Assembly: GCA_964016885.1 (NCBI GenBank)
Contig: OZ024747.1
Span: 45,570,001-45,634,000 of the forward strand
Length of the DNA stretch: 64,000 bases
Direction of reading: 5' to 3'
DNA from: Eledone cirrhosa
Taxonomy: Eukaryota
Under the pieces are notes generated by a model. The model searched no databases, was not told the origin of the DNA, and worked only from the letters and a program-made list of their open reading frames with translations. The translations under genes were made by a program, and so were the position numbers. This document shows, in pieces, positions 22,440-36,200 of the stretch (position 1 is its first letter; every line of letters starts with the position of its first letter).

Positions 22440-23585
22440 TGTGAAGAATGGAATGTAAATTAGGAGAATATAGAGAAAAAAGATGATCTGACACTCATAG
22501 CCGAATCTATGGTAGAATTCAAGAAGAAATTCTAGACCAAGTAGCATAAATTTGGATCAAAGGACCTTGAAGTGAATTTGGCAAGGACTAATATCCTAGT
22601 AAGTAGAAAGGAAAACAAGGCCCTGATCTTTTCAGAGAACTGGCCTTGCTCAGTGTGCAGGAAAAAGTGGGTAGAAATTTCATTCTGTTTTACAAATGCA
22701 AACTATTGATACACAAGAGATGTAGCAGGATCTCAGACAGGCTAACAAAGACCTTAGATTTTATATGTGGTTGATGCACAGGAACAGTAAGCATCAAGTG
22801 CTCACAGGAAACAAGCTCTTTCAAATGCTCAAAGTGCCCCACTGAAGTGGTTGACAATTAGCAGTGAAGGTGGGTGTTCTGAAAGTACAGTAGCCAGAGT
22901 GAGAATGGGCTGGAAGTAGTTTGGGGAGCCACTACTGTTGCTAGCTACAAAATTGTTTTTCTCAAAATAAAAGGTAGATTGTATGATGCTTGTGTGAACA
23001 GCAATGCTGCATGGAAATGTCAGCTGGATACTGTGTGCAGAGGAGCTATGAAGATTGGAAAAAGATTAGGCTTACATGATCTAATGGATGTGTACCAGCT
23101 AAGTATCTCATCTCAGACCTCCCTCACTCAACTCCCTCTTCCGCATACATGTTCCAGAGTCTTTCCCAACCTATGCTTTCTACACTCCCTGATACCCCTC
23201 TCCTGTCCAATCCATGAATAAAACCATGGAAAGCTGAAAACAGTCCACAATGGCTCTGCCAGAGTGCATCTGCTACCATGACAAAAATTTAAAAAAGCAC
23301 TTGGTCTATCTTGTAAAGTGGTTGTGTTGGCAACACAACAATAAAGGTACCCATTTCATGCTGTAATGTGGTAGGTCATGCTGGTGAAAGGACAAAAAGC
23401 ACCCTATCCATGCTGTAATATGGTTGGTGTCAGGAAGGGCATCCAGTCATAGAAACCAAGTCAGAAACAGTTCTGTATGAGCAAGACATAGCCAACTAAC
23501 CTGACTTAACTCACATGACAACTTGTCTAACCCATGCAAGCATGCAAAATAAATATTGAATGGTGATGGTAATGAGGCTGATGAT
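22440..23585 (+). mobile_element. RTE-clade LINE 3' fragment, decayed
   Basis: Broken translation WPCSVCRK, IHKRCS, SEGGCSES..ARVRMGW, KGRLYDACV; RTE-type 3' tail. Confidence 0.8.
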
Positions 23586-23771
23586 ATATACACACACACA
23601 CACTCACACACACTCATATGTATATGAATAAAAATAGACCAAGAGATTAAATGTCCTCATCAGTAGTCTACTGATTATCATTGGTATTTCTTCGCATTAA
23701 AGACTAGATACCTAAAATCAGTGCGAGCGATAACTCAATTAAGTTATCGGGACAGTGGGAAAACAGAGGGT

Positions 23772-24118
23772 CATCATCATCATCATCATTTCATTTTACG
23801 TCCGCTTTTTTCCTGCTTGCAAGGGTGGGACGGGAACTGATGCTGGCTTGATTTCTACAGCTGGATGCCCTTCCTAACATCAACCTCATTTACAGTGAGT
23901 ACTGGGTGCTTTTTTGCCGTGGCACCTCCACGACCACTTTGCAGTGGAATGATATGGACCTCAGTCCCTATCATCTCATTTCTACAGCTGAGTAAACTGG
24001 AGCAATGTGAAATAAAGTGTCTTGCTCAAGGAAACAACACATCACCCGGTCTGAGAATTGAACTCACAACCTTTTGATTGCAAGGCCAATGCTCTAACCA
24101 CTAAGCCATGTGCCTCCA
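23772..24118 (-). mobile_element. SINE-B, second copy (inverted relative to 20697)
   Basis: Reverse complement of most of 20697-21099. Confidence 0.85.
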
Positions 24119-24120
24119 TA

Positions 24121-24520
24121 TGTATATATATTAAATATAGAAATGACTTCTACAGGACTAGAACTATTTCATTCTAAGGAAATCATCAGGAAAGCCAACT
24201 GTCAATGTGATATGGTGGTATTTATACATTTTCTGTTGGTAGGGAAAGGTGGTGTTTGGGATGGGTGGAGGTCATTAATGGATTTAAAGAATGGGGATTC
24301 TTTGAAAAAACTATATTTAGAGAAAAATACATAATTATACAGAATGCAGGCTCTTCTAAATTTCAAGATTCATTTATTCTAAGCAGACAAAGGGTTCTCA
24401 TTAAGTGTGTGTATTAACATGTTCTGTTAAAGGATGGTGAAGTTGGCTTTCCTGATGATTTCCTTCAAATGAAACAGTTCTAGTCCTGTAGAGGCCATTT
24501 CTATATTAAATATTTATACA
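24121..24520. mobile_element. MITE/foldback with about 70-80 bp inverted arms
   Basis: 24134-24200 is the reverse complement of 24441-24507 with a few mismatches. Confidence 0.65.
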
Positions 24521-25509
24521 CTGCTATGTATTGAGTACCTTACTTCCTGTGGTTACCCCCAATTGAACACCCGGGATACTCACACACATAACCCCCCATA
24601 TATATATATAAGGACTAAATGGTTTTGTAGCCAGCTAAGCTACTGACTGCCTACCACTTGGTATTGACTATCTTCAGATCTTTACAAAGAGGACATAAAT
24701 ATCTTATTTATATTTGTATTTTAAAGCATTAATACAAATTTTATCCAAAGGGTTTATTCAATTTATTTATGTTTTGTACATATCTTGTATAAAGAAATTT
24801 TAAATCATATTTAGAAGCATTTCAAAAACATGTAGATAATACCTAACAAATCACATCGACATTCTTTATGCAGAAAAAGTTCATGTAAAATCTATAATAT
24901 TTTAAAAAAAATAAATGTACAAGCTGTAAATTCTGTGTGGTCTGATATTACATTCACCAATGTAAGATTCTTTCTTTGCATCTGTTTACTTCAGTATTGA
25001 AAATTTACATAATCATTCTAATAAAAACAAATCAAGAATGTATAAAGATGAAAATAAGTAAAAACATTTATAAGAATAACAAAAACAAATATTGTATTTA
25101 TCTCAGTTGACATTTTAAAAATGGTAATAGGAATCTAAAAAAAAAAACCCACACATACCAGTTGTAAACATTCAAGTTCAAGCCTTTTAATTCCTTGGAG
25201 CTGTTTATTTCAACAGCTGAAATCATTTCTAAAACGAGTGTTGAGTTGAAAGGAAACCATATAAAGATATTCACTAAAGAATAAGCTGCATTCCTACATA
25301 TTAATCTTTCCAATAAATACTGTTTTTTAACATGATCTTTACTTTTTAAATAAATGGCACATTTTGTAAATAAGACAACTTAATAAATCTGATATATATT
25401 TTCGTTCTCTAGATTGTTTTCTCATTTATACATGGAACGTTTTTCATATTTCTAAATACAGTAAATATTCAGAAGGATGTACAAATATAGGACAGAATAG
25501 AATTGATAA

Positions 25510-25650
25510 TTTAATTTCTGATACTGGCACAAGGCTACAAAGTAGAAAATGACAGTTGCATCAATTCCAGTACCACATGATTGCTACTTATTTTGCTAGT
25601 CCTGGGGAGATGAAATACATTGACATCACTGGCCAGATTTCAACTCAATA
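25510..25650 (-). mobile_element. SINE-A, old diverged copy
   Basis: GGCACAAGGC tail, TACTTTATTTT and GATGAAA core remnants. Confidence 0.55.
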
Positions 25651-28054
25651 CTAGAAAGGTATATATTCTGAGGATAAATGCAAATACTAAGGCAATCTAC
25701 TAATGAGACCTGACATTACTGTGCCATGTTATTTCAGAATTATTATTCTGTCATTACAGTGCAACACCAATACTGAGAGCAGGCTATTAGAGAACTAGAA
25801 AACTATAAATATCTACAACTGATCACACACAAACCTGGATATAATGCATGCACAGCCCAAATACACAGAGAAAGTGAGAGAGGGATTACAAATATTGACA
25901 ATACGGCATGACTGAGGCAAAAATATCAGGAACAGAATGCTGCATAGTGTGACATATTTAATTTTGATTCTAATACAATTGTAGTAAGCTTCAAACTTAG
26001 TGTGTTATTAGAGAGCTAAGTCAAATGTATCACTGAACAATGTAAAATGATAAATAGTTTTATCAGTTTTATGTTACATGTGTTATTTTTCTTTTAGCAA
26101 CTTGCATGGTATCATTGTTATTACCTATGTGAATAAAACTGTTCACATTTGCATTAGAGAGTTCAACATGAATTTTAATTTAGTCCAATTAGAGAACAAT
26201 TCGACAGAAATAATAGCTTTAAATGTTTTTGATAAAAATATAAAAAATAAAGCATTTTAAAAAATTTCAGAAAAAATGAACTTTTAAATATTTTATTATG
26301 AAATAACAAAAACATATAATCATTAAATAAAACAAGGTAAATTTTAAAATGTTTAATTATTATTGTTGTTGTTGTTGTTATTATTATTGTTACTATTATT
26401 ATCATTATTATTTAATGGGGAAAATCTGTCTGGAAGTTTTGCAAATAGCTTTGACTTAAGTTTATCATTAGCTTCTATATCAATGTTTATATTTATTTAC
26501 TTATATACATGATTATTATTTGTAATGTTTGCTTTTTTGTTGATTTTGTAATTTTTATTCCTTCTTCACTTGCATGCTAGTGAGCTTAGATATTCAATCA
26601 GTGTCCTGGGAATCAAACTTAAGTTTGTCATGATCTCAAAGCAAGGGAAAATTATTCTTGTGTACTGGAATCATTATTTTTCCTCTGGGGAAATGTAAAA
26701 TGCATAATGATGTTTGTGCATAACTTCTGGTCAGAAGAAATAGAAACAAAAACAGCAACAACAACAACAACAACAAATAAACAAATAAATAAATAAATAA
26801 CTAAATAAATAAAACTTAAATGCTCACACAAACACTCACATACATACATATATTAATACAAACACATGCATACACTTTTTCAGTCAAAAGTGGAAAAGGA
26901 AACAGTATTTATTGTTTTATTTTCATTTTTTTTCTAAACCAAAAAGTAAAAGAATCAAGAAAAAAGAACAAAATACAAATCGATAAATAAATAAATCAAC
27001 AATGCAATTCTTCATTTTGCAGTAAATGACTAATCACTCTCATCATTTTGATGTTATGACAGAAATAAGAAAGAAATTATTAGAAGTTTTATTTTTTAAT
27101 GTGCAGAAGACATATCCACATATTTTTCCCTATCATGCTGCTGTCATATCAATAAGAAAATATCTACATTCGCCATTTTTTAATCAGCATTTTCTATGAC
27201 AACAATAGCAACAACAAGATGTTATATGTATATGTACTGTTGAATGATAGCTCACATATTTCTAGGTCTGACAATGTATTTCTCACCGTCTTCTTACAAA
27301 TGCTAATATTTCTCCATAAAGTTTGTCACTTAGAAATTATTTCAGTTCATATTTTCCATTTATTTTTCATGCAATACTATTTTTTTCATTTTCTTGGAGA
27401 GTTTTCTTTCTCATTTGTCTTTCTTTCTTTCTTTTTTATCACATATGTGGACCATATGGTAGTTTCTAGTTAAATATCTCTAGGGATACATTACATTGAG
27501 TGTCAACAAATACTTGAAGCCCTTATATCAATGGCATGAGGGAATGTTATACAACATAATAAGCTTCAGTGTTACAACTCAACAGAAGACATATTTACCA
27601 AGTTTAGATAGATAGAATGTGTAATTAAACATATATTTTGAAACCCAGAGGGAACCAGACACGTTTTTCAATTCAGTTGACTCTGCTAAGTAGAGACAAT
27701 TATGATTATAAATACATAAAGTAATTATTTATTGTTGAACATATAAATAAGTAAAACATATATGCATATAAGTCTTCTTGATAGGAAATTGATTGGGTGG
27801 GAAGAATAAATGTAAAAGAACATCTAAAATATTTAAAGACAAAAATAGATGACAAAATTAGATATCTTAGATAGCTAGATAACATCTACTGGTAAGCTAT
27901 AAGGAATTAAACCCACACTGAGTTCTAAACATACAGGGAAACTTTTAGAAAATGTTCCTTACCCTATTGTTGCTTATGTCATTAATAATAAAACTGACTG
28001 ATCATAATTTTCTTTTCAGACATATTTGTTTAGAATAATAGGGTTTGATTTGAA

Positions 28055-28425
28055 AGCCAGGGACAAATACAAACAGCCAAAATGGGATTCCTCCAAAGAG
28101 TCTTTGGAGTAACATTACTCAATAAAGTGTGTAACTCAGAGATCAGGTAGAGCCATTACTTCTTCGATACTATCGGAATATGGTTAGAATGTCTCAGGCA
28201 AGAATTGCCGGATAGATTTTACTGGCAAGACCAACTAGCAAGAAACCCAGAGTTCAACCCCGAGCAAGATGGTTGGATAACATCCATGAACTTGGCCGGT
28301 CACACTTAGGGATCCAGCCAGATCAGTTGGAGACAGTTGCTTCTGACAGGACCCACTGGGAGGTGTGTTTGAGGAATCTTCCCCCACTACCCTCTCAAGA
28401 ATAAGTGAGCAAAGAAGAAGAAAGA
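28055..28425 (+). mobile_element. RTE-like LINE 3' fragment with (GAA)n tail
   Basis: Homologous to 47706-48149; TSD AGGGTTTGATTTGAA at 28040-28054 and 28426-28440. Confidence 0.8.
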
Positions 28426-28585
28426 AGGGTTTGATTTGAAGGAGATTTAACTGCTACCTCTAACAGAATCAAGCAAGACATAAAGAAACCTTTGTTATCT
28501 TGAATTATTCTTCACCAGTCTTTCCTGTAATGGTAGTTAAACTTTTCAAGGCAAAACTATTTCTCCTTGTTGTAATATGATTTAA

Positions 28586-28793
28586 CCCTTTAGCATTTAA
28601 ACTGGCTATATCTGGCTAGAATTCTCTCACCTCTTTCTGTTCACACCGGATGTAGCTGGCCACTCAAACTGATGTTAATGTATTGTTCTCAAAATAGATA
28701 ATATCAAAGTCTAGTAGATTTGATATTATGTGAGGTAAAGCGTTTACTGTGAAAATACAATAGATTATATAGAGTAATGTAAATGCTAATGGG
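28586..28793. mobile_element. piggyBac-type MITE
   Basis: TTAA|CCCTTTAGCATTTA ... TAAATGCTAATGGG|TTAA: TTAA TSD and 14-bp TIR with one mismatch. Confidence 0.85.
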
Positions 28794-30697
28794 TTAAGGA
28801 AAACTTGACTACTATCTTTCACACATGGAATCATCACATATAGACTCCCTCATGAAATGTTGTATTCTAAAGTTGATTTAATTTTAGTCATAGGATAATT
28901 TTAAGAAAACGAGACAGATAAATCATGGTTGGGTAAAACAGACACTGGTTAAAGTATGGCATTTAAATCTTGTCTCTGGTAATGGATTGTCTTTGTAAAC
29001 TTCTACTTCTAGACTCAATGCCTTGATTCTTCTTTGTTGCAAAATAATAAATTGTTAATATTATGAACAAAATATAATAATGAAATACTGCTTCCGAAAC
29101 TAATGCAAATATCAAATCTATACAACAAATGCATGACTGGGAGTAACACTGTACAATTTATACTAAATATAAATGTCTAGAGTCGAGGAAACCAATTATT
29201 CAAGGTTTCAATGTTTCTTCTTGTTGATAAATCAAACTGGATTCCTAATAATATATGATTTATTTACTTTCATTTTACTTATCTGTTTACTTTTAAACAA
29301 TTCCTGTTATCATTTGAAATGACTAGAACTATCAGTTAGTTAGAGCTGCTTTTTCACTAAAGTGCTAAAGTTCTAACAACAAACATTGGAGAATTATCAT
29401 TTGAATAAATATATTCTTTTTTATAAGAGGTAAATTCTATTGTTGTCCACATGAACAACTTGCCACAATTGAATAAATAAAAATATATATAAAAGTGAAA
29501 AAAGAAATAATGCATAATTTTTCATTGACTATCTCTATGATAGTCCAAATGGTCATTGACTGTGCTTGTATGATTATGTAGCTTATTGAAATGTTCCATG
29601 AAACATGATATCTTTTATTTGGAAAGTTTAGCATCTCCTCCATTGTGAATCAGTAATATTCAAGATTCATAATCTCTGAAAGTTTATTATGTTATCGGAT
29701 TATAAAGCGAAAGCATCTGAGAGAAGTTAGCTTCATATCTATTTTCCATATCGCAGCATCTAACTTGAAAATAGATGCACTCTAAAGCCTAATGTTTATA
29801 GATATACTTCATTCCCTTTTATTTTATATGCACTTTTAGAGATGAAAAAACTTCCAGTAAATAAATAATACAAATAAAATGATTAGAATTTTATCACACT
29901 GATTATAACGTTATTGCTGAAAAGGTGCCTAAGGAAAGACAGAATTAATATTGTAGTTGAGGCATATGGAAACTGAAAGAAGTTTACAGCAGTGCCGCAA
30001 TATGATGAATAGAAACTAACTTGAACATTTTGGAAAAATGTAAATTCATAACTATGGTAATTTACAAGATATACCACAAAATTGGCATCAGGTCTAATTT
30101 AAACTGTGAATATAATGCTTAAACACTATTACTGATGGCCAATACACATAACATGGTGAGGAGACAAAACATGCGTAGGCTACTATAAGTGGTTTAGCAG
30201 GCTCATTAAAATATTTTCTCTGTTTTCTGCTATAGCAAAATATCACACTTAGATAAGTTTCTATAGTCAAGAGTTGGGAGTATACTGTGAAAGACATTAA
30301 TTACCGACAAAACAGTCTGCTGTTTCATAATAACCATTTGTGTTGTTTTCAATTTGAGTATATTTTCCCTTTTATATATTTATTCAGAGTATAAATCAAC
30401 ACATTTTTCTAAAGTTTCTGACATGTACTTTCATAGAAATCATCTCAAATAAGTGCCTATTTCTATTTCAAAGTAGAGGAAGACATCTTCATTTAGTACT
30501 ATATAGATTAAGTTTTATTTTTTTTTATATCAGTTGTCCATTATCAGTGAATCATTATATCTGATGACAAGTCACATCTTGAAATCTAAAATTTCGCTTC
30601 GAATTTCTGCTTTCAACTTCATTGAAAAATATTTGTCGCAACCAATATGAAACCTGAAACTGTGACTCAGTCTCTTGATATATCAGCAGGAAAACGT

Positions 30698-30912
30698 GTG
30701 GTGGATTGGCAGAATTGGTAGAGCGTCATATCAAATGCTATTGTGGTATTTGTTCTGGTTCTTTACATTCTGAGTTCAAACTCCACTGAGGTTAACTTTC
30801 CCTTTCATCATTCTGGGGTCAATAACATAAAGTACCACTCAGGTACTGGGGATCAATTTATTCATTGTTGCCATTCTCTCAAATATGCTGGTATTGTCCC
30901 TTAATAAGAAAT
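30698..30912 (+). mobile_element. SINE-A, diverged
   Basis: GGTGGATTGGCAGAATTGG head, GAGTTCAAAC B-box, core. Confidence 0.75.
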
Positions 30913-30969
30913 CCCTATATCAGCAAGAAAGTGAGCAAAGAGTAAGAAATAATTTCCTCTCTTAAAGTG

Positions 30970-31182
30970 GACGTGTAAAGGACACGGCAAAAAGCACCCA
31001 GCACACATTGTCAAAGGGGTTGGCGTTGGGAAGGGCATCCAGCCGTAGAAAACCAGCCAGAAACTCTCCTATATGAATGAGACATGGTCACCCAACCCAA
31101 CTTTCCACTAATTGGGACAAACATGTCTAACCCATGCCAGCGTGGAAGATAGATGTTAATTGATGACAGTGATGATGAAGAT
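30970..31182 (+). mobile_element. RTE/SINE-B shared 3' tail fragment
   Basis: AAAAGCACCCAG..GGAAGGGCATCCAGCCGTAGAAA..CTAACCCATGC..(GAT)n. Confidence 0.75.
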
Positions 31183-31515
31183 GAGATGTGACCATAAATT
31201 TGAAGTTGTGTTATTTCACTACCCACTTGTGACATTGACTACTGAGGCCAATATGATCGATTTTACCCTCTTCCAAAACTACTATCTTTCTGCCTAAATT
31301 TAAAATCATAATTAAGTTGGTGTCTAGAACTAAGGTTCTTACATGAAGTTTTAGTGGAAAGCATTTAAATAGATATAAATACTTTAAAGTCTTGTATGAT
31401 AAAGCCATTGCTCTATCAAAAGAATTAGTCATCTATCCTCCTAGGGCACATGGTATTCATCCTGCATGAAATTCTCAATTAACACAGAATTTGTTTCATC
31501 GTCTTTTAGGATAAG

Positions 31516-32130
31516 CATCAAATCATGCAAGTGATCTTAGGTTCAGCATCATATTGTGCAAGTGATCTTAGGTTCAAACATCAAATCATGCAAGTGATCT
31601 TAGATTCAGCATCAAATCATGCAAGTGATCTTAGTTTCAGCATCATATGGTGCAAGTGATCTTAGTTTCAGCATCAAATCATGCAAGTGATTTTAGGTTC
31701 AGCATCATATCATGCAAGTGATCTTAGGTTCAGCATCAAATCATGCAAGTGATTTTAGGTTCAGCATCATATCATGCAAGTGATCTTAGGTTCAGCATCA
31801 AATCGTGCAAGTGATATTAGGTTCAGCATCATATCATCCAAGTGATCTTAGGTTCAGCATCATATCATCCAAGTGATCTTAGGTTCAGCATCATATCATA
31901 CAAGTGATCTTAGGTTCAGCATCATATCGTGGAAGTGATCTTAGGTTCAGCATCAAATAATGCAAGTGATCTTAGGTTCAGCATCATATCGTGGAAGTGA
32001 TCTTAGTTTCAGCATCATATCATGGAAGTGATCTTAGGTTCAGCATCATATCATGGAAGTGATCTTAGGTTCAGCATCATATCGTGGAAGTGATCTTAGT
32101 TTCAGCATCATATCATGCAAGTGATCTTAG
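31516..32130. repeat. 31-bp minisatellite, about 20 units
   Basis: Unit GCAAGTGATCTTAGGTTCAGCATCATATCAT; period 31 (e.g. 31683 to 31714); no spacers. Confidence 0.96.
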
Positions 32131-35099
32131 TGATCGATTTCCTGCCTGTTATTTGTCATAAATGTGAGTTCATTAATTTTTGCTCTTGCTTATGGTTTTC
32201 CGCCTTTTACTAAACTTCTCACAGTTGCTGATTCTGTACTAGAGAAGAAGACCTCTCACCTCTCACCTTCATAGTATTCTAACTCATTGGTCCATGATGC
32301 TGGTGACCAACAGTATGAAATGATGTGTTTGCTTTATGCTATCCTTCGTCTGTTTGCTTTATATTATCCTCAGAGTGGTTACTAGAGGTTCAGTGAGAAT
32401 AGTGACTGCAACAGCTGCATTTATTGTCTTCACCTTAAGAGTCATGCTGTTTTCACTGCCTTTGCTGCTATCTGCCACCTACAACATTTATTTTGCTTTT
32501 CATCTTTTTCTGAGCAGAAGACTCTCAAGTAGCAACAAGTTCTGCTTTCATGCCAACAAATATGATTAACTTTTCTTCTTTTCACACTTTTGGAAATAAC
32601 TCAGGGTAGTCTTGTAACTTTCGACAATAGCCAGGACCTGAATGTTTATGTAAACTGCACCTGTTCACATGTTACTGCATGTCACCTCCACACTCATTAC
32701 CAGCCTGTATTGTGCAGCAAAATTGTTATACAGTCCCAACTTCAGCATCCATACCAATATATCTGGCCATGATCACAGTGTTTCCCCTGCCAATGTAACA
32801 TGGTACCATCCTGTGTGCAGGTGTGTAGTGCATAAGCATCACTTGTTTTGCTACCTGAGCTAAACATTCGTCCCTCCTCGTAATGTCCACATCAAACAAT
32901 TCCACTGTTTTTGCAGCTTTTACTGCGAATGTAATTTTGTTGTTGATATTGTCATTGTTATCGTTGTTGCTGTTACTGTTGTGGTCATTGTTGTTGCTGT
33001 TTTTGTTGTTGTCATTGTCGCTGTTGTTGCTGTTGTAATAAATACTAATGACAACAATACTAAAGTTCCCCAATGTAAGGGGATAGCAGGTTGGGGTAAT
33101 TCCAGGGAAAACTCCACATAAATCCCTTGATTACTGTGTCACATTAAAGATATTAACAATAATATCAATAATAAAGCTTTTTTAATGACAAAAAATTAGG
33201 TCATATAAATGCAATTTTATCTGAGCACTTTTGTATGAAATTAAGCAATTAGTGATAATCAGAAATTTGAATAATTGATAAAAGCAAAACTGACAAATAG
33301 TGGAATACGTCACTTTATCTGGTTTAATACCATATGGTTCTGAGGTCAAATACTGCTAGAATATGCCTTACTAGTTATCCCTTCAATTTTTAAATATATT
33401 GAAATCAATTCCCTAAATTAACTCTTACACACTTTTACAAAATTTGTTTTACTTTCTTCTAGCAATAAAAATAAATCAACAATTAATTTAATTAAGAGTG
33501 TTCAAAATATGATTCTCCTAACAATCTGGTCTGTTAAAACTTTACTTATTATGAAAATAGTGAAGGTTGGAATTAAAAAAACAAACAAATATTTGTATTC
33601 ATTGAACAATTGAACCTGATACTCTTGTTATGAATAAAAAATATGCTCGCTACTCTTCCCAGTAAAAAAGCCTCTAAGTAGCCTTCTGACCAGATAGAAG
33701 ATGTGATCAAACACCATTGAAATAAACTTAGAAGAAATAAAGACACTGTGAACAATGTGATCCACACTAAAGAAAGCAACTGAATATTCTCGATAGGAAT
33801 AGATTTGATCATAAGTTTGCTCAATCATTTCTGACATGAAGCTAAAGAGCAATTAGATATAAAACCTGCTTTAATATTATCAACAAACCGAAAATTGGTG
33901 CACATGTTTTAAACATCCCTGTATCATATTCCAAATAATATTATTGATTAAATATTTCCAACCTTATTTTCCATGATAAAAAATTTGTGTAAATTTCTGA
34001 ATTAATATTTTATTTCCTTCTTTCTTTTGTTGTTCACACATTATTCTCATTACAATATATTAACTACTTTGAATGGTGAAATGATATTAATCATATACTG
34101 TGCAGTTGGTATAGTAACAAATTACTCTAATATTGTTTCTAATTAGAATAATACATTATAGCATCTGTACAGCAAATAGTTTGTATCATATTCCCATTGT
34201 AGAAATTAATATAGTAGTTAATACATGACTCTAATATGAAGTCAAATATGTACAAATATTATACAACGTTGTAAAGAGTTAGAGTTGACTGAGAAAATGA
34301 AACTAAATGCATTAGAATATTGGTGCTGTGGGAATTGTATTACACTTTGTTGTACAACATAACAGATTGTACTCAGACTTCACCTACACAAGGAAACAAC
34401 AAAGAACAAAAAAAAGTAACTAAAAATGAAAAAACACTTGAAAATTAAAGTGATAGAGTTTGTAATCTTAGCAAATTTGAACACTCACAATTTCAACCAA
34501 AACATAAATTCACCTCCTAACATCCAGACACTTATTTAAAAAAATCCTAAAATATTACTACGAGATCATAAAATAAGTATCCTTCTCATTTATGCCAGAC
34601 AAACAACAAAACACATATATGTATAAAAGCTGCAGGTTAGATTTTGTCTCACTAGGTTGTGAGTTCAAATTCTAGTGTGGTTATAAATTGCATCACTTTC
34701 ACCATTACTTCTCTATATCAACACCCTGAGGCTGAATTGCAGATGATATCACATTATCATCCTTATCATCATTGTTTATTTTTCATGCTTTTTCGACTGA
34801 GATGAAGTCTTTGAGAACATTCACATCTATTTTTCAAAATTATATAATTTGAAATAGTTTGCTTTTGTTTTGGGCTGAAACTTGTTTGTATTTAATTCGT
34901 ACACGTATTTTTTAAAGATTTTTTTAAAGATTGTAACATAACTGGATTTGGCCCAGTAATCAGTAGTTTATTGAAAAATGGAAAAATAGAGTAGGGGCGT
35001 TTCGTGATTTCGAGGGGGCAAAAGGGGACATTTGGCTGAAATGGGTTGAGAACCTGTGCTGTAAACACAGTGTAAGATGGTAATGGGGACATAAACAAG

Positions 35100-35257
35100 A
35101 GAAGAAAAGTAACCCTTCATCAGCTGTTTACTGTGGATCATAGATGTTTCGGCACTTAAAACAGGACATCGATCGGCAGAAGAAAAGTAACCCTTCATCA
35201 GCTGTTTACTGTGGATCATAGATGTTTCGGCACTTAAAACAGGACATCGATCGGCAG
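35100..35257. repeat. Perfect 78-bp tandem duplication
   Basis: AGAAGAAAAGTAACCC...GATCGGC at 35100 and 35178. Confidence 0.95.
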
Positions 35258-35279
35258 CGTGCCCGAGGCCTTTATATAT

Positions 35280-35343
35280 AGAAGCAGTACTGTGATGCCT
35301 TATATATATATATATATATATAAGGCATCACAGTACTGCTTCT
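35280..35343. repeat. Perfect 64-bp palindrome centred on (TA)n
   Basis: AGAAGCAGTACTGTGATGCCT(TA)11AGGCATCACAGTACTGCTTCT. Confidence 0.96.
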
Positions 35344-35399
35344 TGCTGGCATAGAGACAAAGTGCATCTCATCAAGATTAATTCAGTATCGAATTGTTT

Positions 35400-36200
35400 T
35401 GCCATCACTCTTTCTAGTAACCTTTTTTAACCTGATCAACTAATTTGATGTTTCTGTAACTGCTTCTGGGTATGACATGTTCCTGTATTACTTGGTTTAC
35501 TATATAAGTGATTGCCTGTGTTCTGCTCCACCAAATTATATAAATATTTCTGCGGTAATTCCTGAAGGGCCATGTTCTCTCCTTAATGTCTCAACTTTAA
35601 TTGCCTTAACTACCATATTGCAGCCAAACTTCATGGCTGGGCTCTCAGTTGGGTCAATTTGGGGTAGACTCTTACTATCCTATGCCTTTTCCTTCTTCAG
35701 CAACCTCCTATAATAGCATTTCGATGCATAGTGCTTTTCAGCATCAGTGAAAGTAAATGAGGCATTGTCATTCCATACACACCTCTCCCCAATGACGCCT
35801 TGGTATTGTTTTGACATCTGATATGCTTATCACCTCTGACTCTCATGTTGTCGAACAATGGCAAACGTCTTACATTCTACCTCAACTTGTGCTACATAAA
35901 CCTGAAGTTTAACTTCTATTCTAGCCAATGATTATTATTCTTGGTTACTCGTTGCCTTCCAGGCTATCCAAGCATATCTCTTAGATTTTATGGCTCTATG
36001 TGCAGTATTTTTTAACCATTGTGTCACCTTCCACTGAGCTGGTCCTTTGCCCCAGTCACAAAGTCTCACCTGCAGCTCTCAATAGGTTGTCTCATATAAG
36101 TTTCCAGTTGCCTTCAATGTTATAGGATTCTAAGTCAACAGCTTCATCTAGTATGTCTCTAAACTATAGCTGTTTGTTGGCTTTATAAGTTTCGATTTCC
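35400..36200 (-). mobile_element. RTE-like internal fragment (region before RT), decayed
   Basis: Broken translation includes GPSGITAEIF, the RT-proximal GPSGIxAE motif. Confidence 0.55.

Noticed and set aside
31516-32130. CRISPR-like array of about 31-bp repeats
   Set aside because: Units are contiguous with no unique spacers, no cas genes, eukaryotic context: a minisatellite
12900-33870. Scattered LRR-sounding peptides (13.3, 19.3-20.1, 29.5-30.6, 33.8 kb)
   Set aside because: Short, stop-ridden and on both strands; not distinguishable from chance without an HMM search
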